Assembly: GCA_965153285.1 (NCBI GenBank)
Contig: OZ229117.1
DNA length: 64,000 nucleotides
Reading direction: 5' to 3' (one strand)
Source of the DNA: Podarcis tiliguerta
Lineage: Eukaryota
In this document: in pieces, positions 37,741-50,605 of the stretch
How the letters are laid out: each line of letters starts with the position of its first letter
Numbering within the stretch: position 1 is the first letter of the stretch
Program-made: the position numbers and the translations under genes
The notes under the pieces: model-generated
The model's input: the letters and a program-made list of their open reading frames with translations, nothing else
The model's database searches: none
Told to the model about the DNA's origin: nothing

Positions 37741-40544
37741 ATATCTCTAAATTATGTTTACTTTTTTTTTTTTTTTAAAAAAAGCAAAACTTTGGTAGTT
37801 TAGCCAGTTGGTAACTTATCCAATTGTTAAGTTCTGTTTTTAAACTTTATTTTGCTCATTAATAACTGAAACATTTTTAAGAAGGATGCAAGTGCAAGGG
37901 CTTCATTTTCATTTTGGAGAGGTTATTGAAGCATGTTGGCCCCTTTTAAAGAAAAAAAAAACATTTAGAAATATCTGATCAAACTATTGTTACTTGGTAA
38001 CCATTGAGTAATGTGTGGGAGGAGTACATCTCTTCAAACCATTCAACCCAGGAGAAAGGTATTATCCTCTTATGCTAGCACTTTGCACAGTTGTGATTAT
38101 TACAGCTGAAGATGGGCATTGCATAATTATATATCTGAGGTAGGAGCTGTAACTGTCCATTAATATGGACTCAGTGTGTACAAGTCAGTGCTATAAAATC
38201 AAGCAAAACTTAATTGTTTGTATCACTTTGATACTTTAATCACAACCTGAAGCAACATTGCCAATTAAATGTCTCCAGCAGACCATTCTCCCGCAAGGAG
38301 AAACATCTTAAAAGTTTTGTTGTTGACATTTTAATGGATAAATTGCTGGGGCTATTAGTAATGGTTCTAATATTATTCTGCTAGTCATTAGTAGAGCAAT
38401 AGCCTGACCCTGAAATTTGCTCTGCCAGCGCTTAGGTATGCATATAACTGTGCCATGGGGTGTTTTCATAGCCATTCCAGAACAGCATTGCAAAAGAAGG
38501 AGTTGCAGTGTGGCTGCACTGATATTATGACAGTTTAGGCCAGGATGAGCCCACCTGACTCACCCTATGGCTATTTTGAGAGGATGGATGGGATATGAAT
38601 GAACCAAAAGGCATTAAAGCTGAAAATTGCATGTGGAAGGCCTGGTACAACACAACAAGAGATAATTCCTCAGTGATTATGTGCCCACCAGAATCTGCTC
38701 TGGCACCCACAAAAGGTCTCAGTAAATAGTTTTTCAAAAATCCATGATGCCTGGGAGACTGCTTGCTGTTTTCTGCTCAGTTTTCACTTTTACACAAAAC
38801 ATGCTTACATTTCATAGGATTCCAGGATTCGACATGCACCCACCTGTTCTGAAAGAAATGGTGCAAATAGTTTCTCACTGTGAGTGAGTATGGTGGCAGC
38901 TGATGTAGGTACTTTTCCTTCTTCTGATGTGCCAGTTAAGATCACTTTGTGGCTGTTTCTGTTCTTTGGGAAGTGGCAACCATTTTGTGTTGATGCCATG
39001 CCCCTACAGTGTCCATTTTGTGATTTGCACCTATGACGAGTTCCAAATATGACCCCATCCACCTTTTTAAAAATACTATACAATTTGGAACTGCAGACTT
39101 TAGGGAGAATTTCAGATGAAGAGTATTCTAGGAACATCCACAGTTGAGTCTATGGCTGAGATGAAATTTTGCAGACGGCATTTTTTTATTATTGTAACAG
39201 GAAGTCCAAACCGTTTTTGGATGCTATTCTGGTTTCTCATATTTGGTAGATGGGTATTTTTGACATGTGGTTTTTGGTATGTATTTGAGATATTTTTACC
39301 TTGTCCTTCTAACAAGTACATTTAAGGAAGTAAGAACAACAACAACAAAACTATGCTAAAGGCATTAGCAAAGAACAGCTATAAAACAGCTTGGTAACAA
39401 TGAAAGAAACCTGATATATGAAAACAGTAAATAGGGAAGATCATAACTTCCTGCACTTACTGTGCAGTGCAAACTTAAACATATCTACCGAGGACTCAGC
39501 AATACAGCTGCAAATAAATTTTTTAAAATGTGTTGTAAAGTGCGCTATACAAATGTGACACCAGATGGCAACAGTGAGCTATGCCAAATTCAATGTATTT
39601 TTCAAAACATTTTTTAAAAAAGCATTTTCACAGCTTTTTTAATATTTGTGTAGATTCCACCTGAGATGCCTACTGGATCCAGTGGTATTTAATCCCAGGT
39701 CAATATAGAGAGAGGATTGCAGACTTAATAACTTAGCCTTCACCAACATAGAGCTCTCCAAACATGTTTTGAACAACCATTTCAGTTCTGGCTGGGAATT
39801 TCTGTCCAAAACATCTGTAGAGCACCACATTGCTGAAAACTGCCATAACTTTCTCAAGTACTCTTTAAAGACTGCTTACTTCCATTTTCTACACAAAAGA
39901 AAATAGCTGACCTTAGTCATCCTCCAGGCATGCCTAAGGGATAAATTATGTCGCTGCAGTGCTACCTGAGAAAAGTCCCCCCTTTGGGGGTTTGTGGTGG
40001 TACTTTGGTCCCCTACTTCTTCCACATTTATTATTTACTTGTTTGTTATGTAAATAGCATATTCCTTGCTATTTATAGGCATGAACACTTGTTTCTGAAA
40101 TAAGAAATAAATGGGATGTGATACAACAGGGCAGGGAGGGAGGGAAGGAGAGAGGGGGACTTCAGCACTTGACATACTAGGCCAACTGCAAACATTGCAG
40201 CAGGACCTGGCTGAGTCTGCATATTGAAATTCAATTTTCCCAGAACATCTTACTGCAACATTATGTTGGACATCCTAGGGAAAATGGTAGCTCCCACCAT
40301 ATTTGGGGCACCGTGGGTGCTTCTACCACGGCCAGGTGTGTATGAAGGAACCCATCAACATAAGAGGAGTTCTGCTAGAGGGACTTTGTTCAGGACACCA
40401 GTCAGGCATGGAGCTGCCCTTAGAAGAGGGGGAAAGAGAAAGAGAAACATTATTATGTGTATGGAATTTTAGTTGATGTAGAAAAAATTACCCACATTCA
40501 CACCCAGACCCTTCTTCTCATAATCTTGGAACCAACTCAGGGCT

Positions 40545-40682
40545 GTCCAATGGTCCCTGATTCCATTCCTGGCATCAGGGCTGGATAAGTGTCCAGCCTG
40601 AAGCCCTGGACAGCTGCTGCCAGTCAATGTAGACAATACTGAACTAGATGGTCAACATAAGGAAGCTTTCTTGTTCCTATGT
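40545..40682 (+). mobile_element. tRNA-derived SINE fragment (Squam3-like; opposite-strand copy about 62900-63050)
   Basis: GCTGCCAGTCAATGTAGACAATACTGAACTAGATGG core and TGTTCCTATG tail. The 62.9-kb copy retains a tRNA-like head (GGTCCCAGGTTCACTTCC on the minus strand). Confidence 0.6.
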
Positions 40683-42688
40683 GTTTCGTCTTCTTCATGT
40701 AATACAGTTGATGGAATTTGGTACTACAAGATGTGGGTCATGGCCACTTCTTCCAGTTCAGATATTTTTAAAGGGGAATTTTGTAAATCCGTGATAGATA
40801 GTTATGCACACCAGTTATGTATGAGGGGGAGGAGGAAGGGAAGCAATAGCAAGAAGGGCTGTTTCCTTCCAGCCCTGCTTCTGGAATTCCTAGAAGCATC
40901 CAGCTGGCCACTATGTGAAACAGGTTGCTGGACCAGATGGACTTTCAGCCTACTCCATGGATCATCAACTCAGTGTCCTCCAGATGTTGATGGACTACAG
41001 TTCCCATAGTCCCTGACATTGGCTATGCTGCCTGGGCTGATGGGAGATATACCCAACAACATCTAGGAGCACCATGTTGGCTACACATTGTCTAATCCAT
41101 CAGCATTCTTATATTCTTACTCCTCTTTTGGCGTTGTACCTCCATTACCTCTGTAAACTTTCCACATTTAAAGATTTTTATTTTTTGAGGGGTGGACTCA
41201 AAAATATAGCCGAGGATGTCTCATTCATGATTAAAATTTTGGTTTTTTTAAGCCTTCTTCATGTGTTCTAAGCAGGTAATTTGCTTAGAACCCTGCTGGC
41301 AATCAGGAACCCTGTGTGATCAAATGCATGTATTCAAACATATTTCTTTATTTTATGTATTGGATGTGTGTGTGTGCGTGTGCGTGCGTGCGTGTGTGCA
41401 TGTGCAGCATAAGAGCAACAATAAAACTGCATTTATAAAACAATACAATATGCATCACAAATTATTAGAGTAGCTTAATACATCAAACATAGCTGGGCCA
41501 ATCCTCAGGGAAAGCCTATGAGTTTTAAGTAGGTGTGAAATACCAATATTATAGGTGCCTGCCTGATGTTCATTGGGTGTGCATTCCAAAGGGCAGATAC
41601 TCTTGGTGGATATAAGGTGAACCTCTGGAGCATAAGGCACTACTATGGGTGTCTTGCAGGATGGTCAGGAAGTGTTTATACAAGGTAAGGCCTTCCCAGA
41701 GGTAACAAGTGGAGGCTGGTGTCCATTAGACTTGATGGGGCAGAAGACAGGGAGGCCCAACAGTAGGTGGCTCCAGAGACAATGACAGGCAGAGCCAACT
41801 CATTCTAGTTCTTTCCCCATCCTACTCTCTGCTGAGTTCTACAAGGACATCACTGAGCCTAAGGATGAGGCAGGCAGCAGCCAAGACCAACCCCTCGACA
41901 GGTTGTATGAAAGGAGGTGGGCATTGGCTGAAGGTTGGTGGGGCAGCACCCCATTTGCCCTACTAGACCATCCTCTATTGGAGGCAACCATTTTTTGCTG
42001 AATATATTGAGAAGCTTCAGACTTCAGAAGCTTCAGCACATGTCCCTACTTCCTGCTCACAAACATTGTTTTGAATGCACAAAGAAGGCTTTACAGATAG
42101 TCATTTCAGAGGGCTTTAAATTAGGTTGAACCCTGTAAACACCTAATTTAATACATGCAAATTACTTCCAGGATTTTCTAATCAGTCTAAGATACTGCTT
42201 CTGATTCCTGACAGAGGATTATGAAAAGAAAGATGAGGTGGCCATAGCAAGAACAAACATCTGAAAAGAAAAGATTAAAAACCCATGTTTTCCTTTTAAA
42301 TAGGATAAGTCATCTTAGTTCACCCATCCTATTCCCCACTGCAATAAGCAAGGGTGGTTATTCTCCCAGTGAGTTCTTTATTACAGTGACAGTTTTCAAG
42401 CTTCCATGAGACACAATTCTCAGTGAGATTAGTTTTTCCTGCTGTGTCCACTTATTGATGTACTGTCCAAATTCTCAACAGATGAATAGTATAACTCAAA
42501 CATTTCTTTAAAAAGTGCTTTACCCTTTCAGTGAGATTTTCTTCTTCTTCACATGATACATCCCACTGTGAGCAGATTACATTTTATACCCTATGGAAGT
42601 CCTCGTGTTCTTTTGGAGTAACTAACTATGCAATCATATGCATGGCTATTCAGACGTTAAGTCCAACGGTGTTCAGTGGAGCTCACTT

Positions 42689-43113
42689 TGGGATACGCAA
42701 ATCTGTCAATTCTGGCTTTTCTCAGTTTCTAATTTTTCCAGTCTTAAATTCAGTTCTCCTCATAAGCACACCAGTTTGCATTTTTTTAATTAAAATACTT
42801 TTCACGCAAAGTCACCAGCGTTTTAATGGACATTTCCCCCAATATACACAGTTGTATGTGCAATTTTGCTTAATATACACATTTCCCCCCTAATATAATA
42901 TATAATGAATATTTCTATACAAATGTTTAATCCACACTTTATACCTAAGCATAGGCAGTTTTTTTATATATACATTACTTAGCTGGAGTACAATTAAAAA
43001 AAGTTTGAATTTCATGGGATGTCTACATTTCAGTTCACATATTGTTTTGAAAAGAGTTCATTACATAGGCTCATATTTAAATGTGAATTGCATCAAATTT
43101 CTATCCCATCCTC
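42689..43113. mobile_element. hAT-Ac-like MITE
   Basis: GGGATA / CCCATCC ends and the family core shared with 16304-16757. Confidence 0.65.
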
Positions 43114-44749
43114 AGGATCACACCTTCAAACACATGTAGAAGATGGAAGCCTAATAGAACACTCTACACTTGGATGATGTCTTAATCTATGTAGGCTAAG
43201 GTACTTTGTAAACACTAATTAACAGAGCTGTAAAAAGCCCCTCAAGGGATAATGGGCAACTAATTGTCCCTATTTTATTAATATATATTCACTATACACC
43301 TGAGTCACTTTTATTATGATTGATTTTATAAATGAGAAAACTGAAGAAGATTCCTCAGTGGCTAAGTTGTTACAAATGGGAATCAAATGCCAGTGTGTGA
43401 GGCGACAAGGGACTAAACCATTTGTTTGGTTTTTTACAATAATATAATTCTCATTTTAGAAGCGGTCTTGAGGAATAAACTGGGAAGTATACTGGTACCA
43501 TGGCCTTTTTGAACAACAGGCTCATATAGGAAACTGTTTCTAGACAAACATCAGCTTTTGAGCTAGTGGTAAAACAAAGCAGAGGTTCTAAATGATTGGT
43601 GTCGAAGTTCTGATTCAATTTTCGTATTCATTTTATGTTTATGCCACTTTATATTTTTTTTGGGGGGGGGGGGCAAATCTCAAAGCGATTGACAGCACAT
43701 TAAAACATCAAAGTTTACATTCAAGGCAACATAATTAACAGGAAACAAAATATTATCTTAAATATTTTGAAACAAAACATTTCAAAGGAGGTCAGCTACA
43801 GAATGCACATTTAACACAGCAAAGTTTACCCCCCAAAAACAAAAGAAAACATTACTAAAGAAAGTCATGTATAAAATGCGCATTTAAAAGAGAATAAAAT
43901 ATTATCATATGCATAGAACTTATCTACTGGGCATTGGTTGTGGAAGCTCAGGCTCAGTGACCTGGATCTGCACTCAGAGACAGCCAATATACCATCAAAA
44001 TCACTGCAAGTCATGCTGCATGTCAAAGTTACATCAAATTCTAGTAAAATCTGATCCAAATGATCAGGCAGGTTGAAGGCGGATTTATGAAGTAGGCCAT
44101 ATGTGGAGGAAGAAGAAAGCAAGGGAGGCAAGCAAAGCAACATCAGGACCTGCCCCAGTTGCTGGGAATCTTGAGTGGGAAGAGTGTGATTGAGCTCGGG
44201 TTCTGCTTTTGGGCTTCCCATAGGCATTTGGTTAGCTGTTGAGAGAACAGAATACTGGACTAGACAGGCCATTAGCCTGATACTGCAGACTCTTCTGATG
44301 TTCTTAGATTGCATATTTCTTCACTGCTGGTCTTATTGCTGCCAAGGAGGGTACGTAAGCTCTCCATCTGCCACAATTGTCAAAATGGATAGCTGCTACA
44401 AGTAGCCAGAGGCTTCTTGACATGGTGGGAAGGGGCATTCCAATGTGAAGTAGTCGACAATGTTTATTTGGCACAGATAGTATCATTGGCTTTCTACTAA
44501 CCATTGTAGTGTCATGGTTCCTGATGAGAGTGTTATAAACTGAAACTTACGGAGAAGACTAGGGTGAAAGGAGAGGTGAAGAGCTGGCTAGAAGGACAGG
44601 ATCCTGTTACTGATAAAAGACTCATCAAAGTCTTGGCAACCATCCCAAAATGGGACTTGATTTGCCTTAGCAAAATTGCCTTAGCAAAATGGTCATACAA
44701 CATTGTTGTGATTAAAAATTGAAAGTATTTAGCTATTCCTCAGCTGGCT

Positions 44750-44960
44750 TGTTATCCAAGCTGTTTCACCATATGCCTAAGGGTTAAAGAGCTGAGTTCT
44801 ATCTGACACTGCTGCAAATGGCCCATTATCAGCACTTGGGTACCATTTGTTCTTCGAGTGTTGACTTTTGACAATTTGTCTTTGCATCTCGCAATCGCAT
44901 TGGACAGGCTGTAAGATATAGATTTACAGATACAAAGCAGAAGGCAAGGAAAAAGAAAGA
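44750..44960. promoter_or_regulatory. Putative conserved element or small minus-strand exon (44844-44908)
   Basis: Unique block with retained CpGs and Sox-like (GACAATTTGTC) and octamer-like (CTTTGCAT) motifs. It also has a good minus-strand acceptor (CTTACAG| at 44909) but only a weak donor. Confidence 0.3.
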
Positions 44961-47523
44961 AATATCTTCCTGACATAAACATAGTTTTGAGAGAGATGAT
45001 GAAGCTGGTTTTTTTATCTGAAACACATTTACAAATTCAGAAGAAAGCAATCAAACTTTTGAACCCCAAGAATGCAGTCTTTATAAGAAATGTTCTTATA
45101 ATGGAACTCTCAAGTCTGTCAAGGAGTCTGATTTTTAAAAACTCGAGACAGTCACAATCAAAAGGTTTTAAAAACGATAATCCTTCCATTCACTAGAATC
45201 ATTATACTATATGGGGAGGGTGGTGGTTTGGGTCCTGGAAAAACAACATTCAGCTGGCTTTAAACTCAATTCAAAGTGTGGATTGTTTGAAATGATTTTG
45301 TTAGAGCATGGGGATTAAGGGAGCTGAGACACAAGCCTTGTATAATTATGATCCACATTTGTATCAATACTGCTTGCGGTTTTATTGCCATGGCAGCACA
45401 TATTTACAGAGGCCTGCATTGATTTTGCATCTCTGTAGGAAAATCCCACAGTGCTGACTTGTAGGTTCCATATTAGCAATTTGCATGGCTGACTGTTGTT
45501 GGGCCAAGGGAACAGCATTCCACATTTGGCCAGTAATTCATAGGTTTTCACAAAAGCCTAATAAAACCTGGAGGTACTTTATTTATAGGTGTTGTCTCCC
45601 CTCCCCCCTTCTCATGTCCAGAACAGGAGGGAAGGAGATGCATTTCTTCATGATTGGTCAGAAGTTTTCTCAGTAAAATCCCTAAAGAATGAAAGGTAGA
45701 TCCTGGGACTCAATTAGGAATGGATGAATTAGTCTATTTCTACTTCACGGGCACTTCCAGACTGGTGCTATTTTCCAGAGGGACTAAATCACATACTGAC
45801 AAATTGCACAGTTAAAATTGATTTGGAGCTCCAGCATAACAAATCCACCCCACTCCCTTTTTTTGTGATCAGGAAAGTGATGGGAAAATGCACTGGAAAA
45901 GTGTGGGGTAAGATTTCCATAACACAACCTCATCTAACCTCCCTGTAAACAAATCAAATGAAGGCTCAATAAATAGCCAATGTCATCTAACCTCCCCTCA
46001 AACTTTATGGGGGGGGGGAAATCCGGATATCACAATGTATGAAATCTTCCCTTGATTCATGCTACAGGAGTTAAATAAAGAAATGTCACAAAAAGATGTG
46101 AATCTGCATGAAATGTCTAGGGCTGAAAGTTTAGCAGCAAAGGGCTAAAGTGTCTCTGGAGAGCATGTGGGAGGGGAATTTTTATCTGGTTCTGGTAAAT
46201 GGCTCCCAATTAACAGCTGGCAGATTTAAAATATGCCATATCTTATTACCCATCTTCCATCTTTAACAGCACCATTATTTTTGAAAATGGTATTGGTATA
46301 ATTACTTTGCAACTAAGTATTGCAGGTAGATACACCTTTGTAACTATTTATCTCCAGTCTAGGGTTCCTGAAATCTATTTTATTCATTGCATCAAATAAA
46401 TAGAATTCATTCAACAAGTCCCCCCAGACACAGAGAGAGTAGTATTTGTGGTACCAAGCTCTATCTAGATCTTTAGTCAGGAGTGAGGCCTGCCTGCATG
46501 ATTCCTATTCCCCTGTCCTCACATTCATGTCCATAGATATATCACATAAACAGAGGTAGTAGAGGTAGTAACACTCTAGAGCTGCCTCCTCTGGCTGGCT
46601 CTCTCAGTGTTACAGAAATCAGAAAAAACCAATAGCTATACCCATAGAGCTGCTGTATTGATTCTCATGCCACTGTGAAGAGAAACTGAATAGACTTGGT
46701 TTGAAACTGAAACAAAGGTATACAAATATGCATGACAAGGAAAAGAAATTGGGGGTGGGAGGTAGGGGTGGGAAGAAGAATGCTTCCTATATCGCCAGGT
46801 TACCTGCATCAAACCAAATGACAGAACTCAATGCAACCTCAGTTGCCGAGTAAGTGGCTTCCCTTGAATGCATCGGTTACATCCTAGTCCATAGTGGGCC
46901 TGCCATATAATGTCTCAGCTAGTGGTTAATAATGAGATGTTATGCATTCATGCTTGAAATTGTGGGTCACTTTTGATTAAGTGTCTTCCACAGAAAATAA
47001 GGAATGGCATTCTCATTCCGAGCTCCCAATGTATTATGCAAGAGCTTAACAGCTAAACTTGTTAGAAGTAATATATGTAAAACTAAGCAACAAGGGGAAA
47101 GCAAACCCAGGGAGCTTTGTTGAGCTCCAACTCGAACCTTTGATCAAAATTGAGAAAGAAACACACTTGTCGAGGGGACAAAGTGAGGTAACTCAAGGCA
47201 ACAATTTAAGCAAGATCACTGCCTTCCAGTATTGAACTCAGGCAGCATTCACACATGGGGGTTATTGTGTTAGCTTTACTGATTAAGAGGATAGTGCTTC
47301 TGTCCCGTTTTCTAATGTTCCTTTCACACTGCCATGCCGAGCTAAATTTTATTCGCACCAGTAGGTACTGCAGTGTGAAAGGTGGGAATGATGCTCTGGA
47401 AGCAGCTTTCCTTTGAGAAAGCCAATTGCAGAACATTGCCTACATGCTGCAGGAATGCCCCTCCTATCAAGGGTTGATGAGCAGAGGGATTGATCCTGGA
47501 GTGTGGTGCTCTGCAAGCAGTTT

Positions 47524-48353
47524 TGTGTGTTGAAGTCCCCAAGCCACCCCAATAACTCACACTTCACACAGAATTTTTGTTTAAGGTTTTTGGCATAATT
47601 TTGGCCACAACTTTATTTAAATACACAAATGTGAGTGGTCGCTTAGGCATTGGTTACGACTATCTGTCCTTGCCCCAGGGACAGAACTGACTTCTGGATT
47701 CCAGCGGAAGCCAGTCAGGGAAAACAATATTGGGGATAAATCAAGCTGGGCAACAGACCTTCACCTCTCCCAGCATGCTCCCAGGGGCTTGTGCGGCCTA
47801 AACCCGATGCCAGGGATTTGGACGAAAGCATGGCAAGCCCCCAGATTCCTTTAACGGAATTCCCTTGCAGCACCAGCATTGGAGGGGTAGGCACGTACCC
47901 CTCCACCAACCAATTTTTTAACCAATGCCTAACCGCAACCTTACAAGTTGTGACGATTTGCTACGCAGTAGGCAAAAACCAAATGGCACCAGCCAATCAG
48001 CCAATGGACAAAATTCCTACCAGGCCCCTGCCCCCAAAGCAAGTGACCCCATGACAGGCATAGCAAGGTCAAAGTGATAAGACCCCCAGTTCAGGGAGGG
48101 TAGGTGATCCATTGCATGCAGCAAAAGAGAACGCCCGAAGCTGCGTGTCCTGTATTTAAAACCTTTGTGTGCCACCCCCAAATTGGCAACATCGAAATCT
48201 CCCCAACAACTCAATTGCCCAATAACTCCCTGTGGCCATCCTGACAGATCTGCCCAGCAACAGTGGGGTGGCCTGCTAGACCCCACCACAACACGTGCTC
48301 TCTGTGAGGGAGAACACGCTTTCTCAAAAGGAAAGGTGCTTGTGAAGCATCAC
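47524..48353 (-). mobile_element. LTR-like terminal module, possibly from a DIRS/Ngaro tyrosine-recombinase retrotransposon (copy A)
   Basis: TG...CA-bounded core at 47524-48290. On the minus strand it has CCAAT (about 48183), TTTAAA (about 48157) and AATAAAGTTGTGGCC (47603-47617). Motif order is shared with 57956-58738. No clean TSD. Confidence 0.7.
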
Positions 48354-50155
48354 ACACACACAGAGGACACAACCAACAGTTGAAAAGTCAATCTGGGAGG
48401 GGTTGAATCTCCGCAATCTGCTTTCTTTAAAAAACGCCATTTGCGGAACCTCACCCAGGGCCTGTAGGATTGCCTCCTCCATTTCACAGCTCTTGACAGA
48501 GATAAATTTAGGAGAGAGCAACTGGTTCTGTCTCACTGGGTGTGGAGCCTTGGAGGCGCTGCAGGTGACACTGCAAGAATGATTTAGAATGGAGCACAAG
48601 ACATGGGGGGGGGGGAATTTTGATGTAGCACAGAGTGTTGCTGGAAATTGATATCCCAAGATCTACCACAACTGTTGTTTCTGAGGTGGGTGAGTGAGGA
48701 TATCTACTTGCAGAGCCTTACCTGGATGCCATAGGATAACAGCTGTGGAGGGGAGTGGGTGATCTTGGGGTGGTAGTGAGGTTCTGCAAAGGTTTTCCTT
48801 AAGGAGAGCCTTCCCTGGACCCTGAAGGATAACCTGTTGAGGAGAGAGGTCAATTGGGCATGGAAAGGAAGCTCCACAACTGGCTCTCCTAAAGGAAAGG
48901 TGCTTGTGAAGCACCATGCACAGCTATATAAAAATGTCTAGGCCTGAAAGCAGACTCCAAGCTTGAAATATTTTATTTATTTTTTTTGCCCCTGGAAGCA
49001 AATAACATGCAGAAAACCCAATTGCTGTTTGTTCCAATTCAGCAGTAGCAGCAGGTTTTCCCAGGGAAAGCAGCCAGACAACCACAAAAACCACAACAAC
49101 TCTGACATGGACTTGGAAAGCAAAGAGGTGTGCCTGGAAAGTACAGCACAAAAGGAGGTCTGGATGATATCTTAGCTGAAGATAGCTGGTCATTCATTTA
49201 TTTTTAGTTGTTATTCTTTCCTTTATTATGCTTGAGTAATGCCCCCCCCCTTGATTAAGGGCATCTTTTAATTGCCTGAAGGTATCAGTGTTTTCTGAAG
49301 CATTTTGAGTAAATATGGAGTGATTTGAATTTTACAGCAGGAACTATGCAACTTTACTGAAAAACCCTACTGCCAAGTTTAATGAGATTTACTACCAAGT
49401 GCATATGATAGCTGTCTTGTCTAATTTAACAATACTGGACCGTCCAACCTCTTGAAATAAAGCTATTAACAGTTATATGGAGGCTTTTGACGGGGGTGGG
49501 GGGATTTAAGGATGCTTATTACATACATGTCTCCTGTGATTTTAAAGTGGCAAAGAGAACTCCTTAACTTTGGAATAATCCGAGAAATAAAATGCAAGAT
49601 TAATGAAATGCTGTTTTACAGTAGGCTTATGCACCTTAGGAGATAATTCTGCAGCACCAGTATATTTCTGCATTACATGCTCATATACATTTTATGCCAA
49701 CTTAACTATCAGGGCTTCTCCCAAAGACTACGGGGAATTTTAGTTTTTATTCTCCTAGGCATTTTAATTCATACTTAATCCTGGCTGGAATTAATTTTAT
49801 ACTGCTTTTATCTGCTGCTTTTACTGAATGAGGATTTTGGGGTGGTTTTTTTTTTTTTATGCTAATAGGTTTTTATAGATTGTGCTAGTTTGTTATATTT
49901 CTGAACCCTCTTTGATGATCGGATTTTTTTGCTTGTAATTCCACCCTGAACAAAAAAATAAGAAGGGTGAGATGGGAAACCACTTAATAAATAAATTTAA
50001 ATAAATAAGTAGATTCCTGGTGGGCCCAAACTACAGTTCCCAGAGTTTCCTACAGGAGGTAGAATAGTTAAATATACATAAAATAACATAACATAAAAGT
50101 TATGCTTGCATGCACTGTTTTTGAATCACTAGGTAGGAGGTTTTTCTCTAGGAAA

Positions 50156-50605
50156 TGTTGCAGAAAAAGGTGGATGTTTCCTGTTTGAGGGTTTAGGCTA
50201 ATTGATGTCTTGTTGCTAGAGATCCAAGAGGACTCTGTGTCAGAAGGAAGATGAAAACTGAGAACTCATGTCAGGAGAGGGAGCTCCCAACATGTTGGAG
50301 GAGAGACTAAACTCCAGGATGATGATGAGGCAAGATGCTTGGATAGATCTCTCTCTGGGATCAGAGCGAGGAAAGTTACTGATCTGTATTAAGGACTTAA
50401 ACCAGACAGGATTACAGTGTTTGTTGGTTTAAGAGCAAGGGGTCACTTTGTATCTTGTAACATTTATTTGTTACTTTGTATCTTGTTATAAATATTTGTA
50501 ACTGTCTTAAGACTGTTCTGCAATAAAGCTTTGAAACATTCCTTGTGATGGAGAGCAAATTCTTTTCTACTCTACACAAGCTCCTGATCAGGGATTCTGT
50601 TTCAA
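50156..50605 (+). mobile_element. Probable decayed LTR
   Basis: Starts TGTTGC, has a purine-rich U3-like part and a T-rich part with AATAAA at 50522. Termini uncertain. Confidence 0.35.

Noticed and set aside
46751-46772. G-quadruplex-capable G-runs (also 40129-40144)
   Set aside because: Common low-complexity motif with no contextual evidence of function.
47774-47832. Hammerhead-ribozyme-like pattern on + (CATGCTC ... GGACGAAAGCATG, perfect stem III)
   Set aside because: The core reads CCGATGC instead of CTGANGA and there is no stem I. It lies on the strand opposite the G-U-supported fold and is absent from copy B.
48324-48659. ORF with MEEAILQALGEVPQ between terminal motifs, a possible gag remnant
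   Set aside because: Too short and has no recognisable domain, so a coding call cannot be supported.
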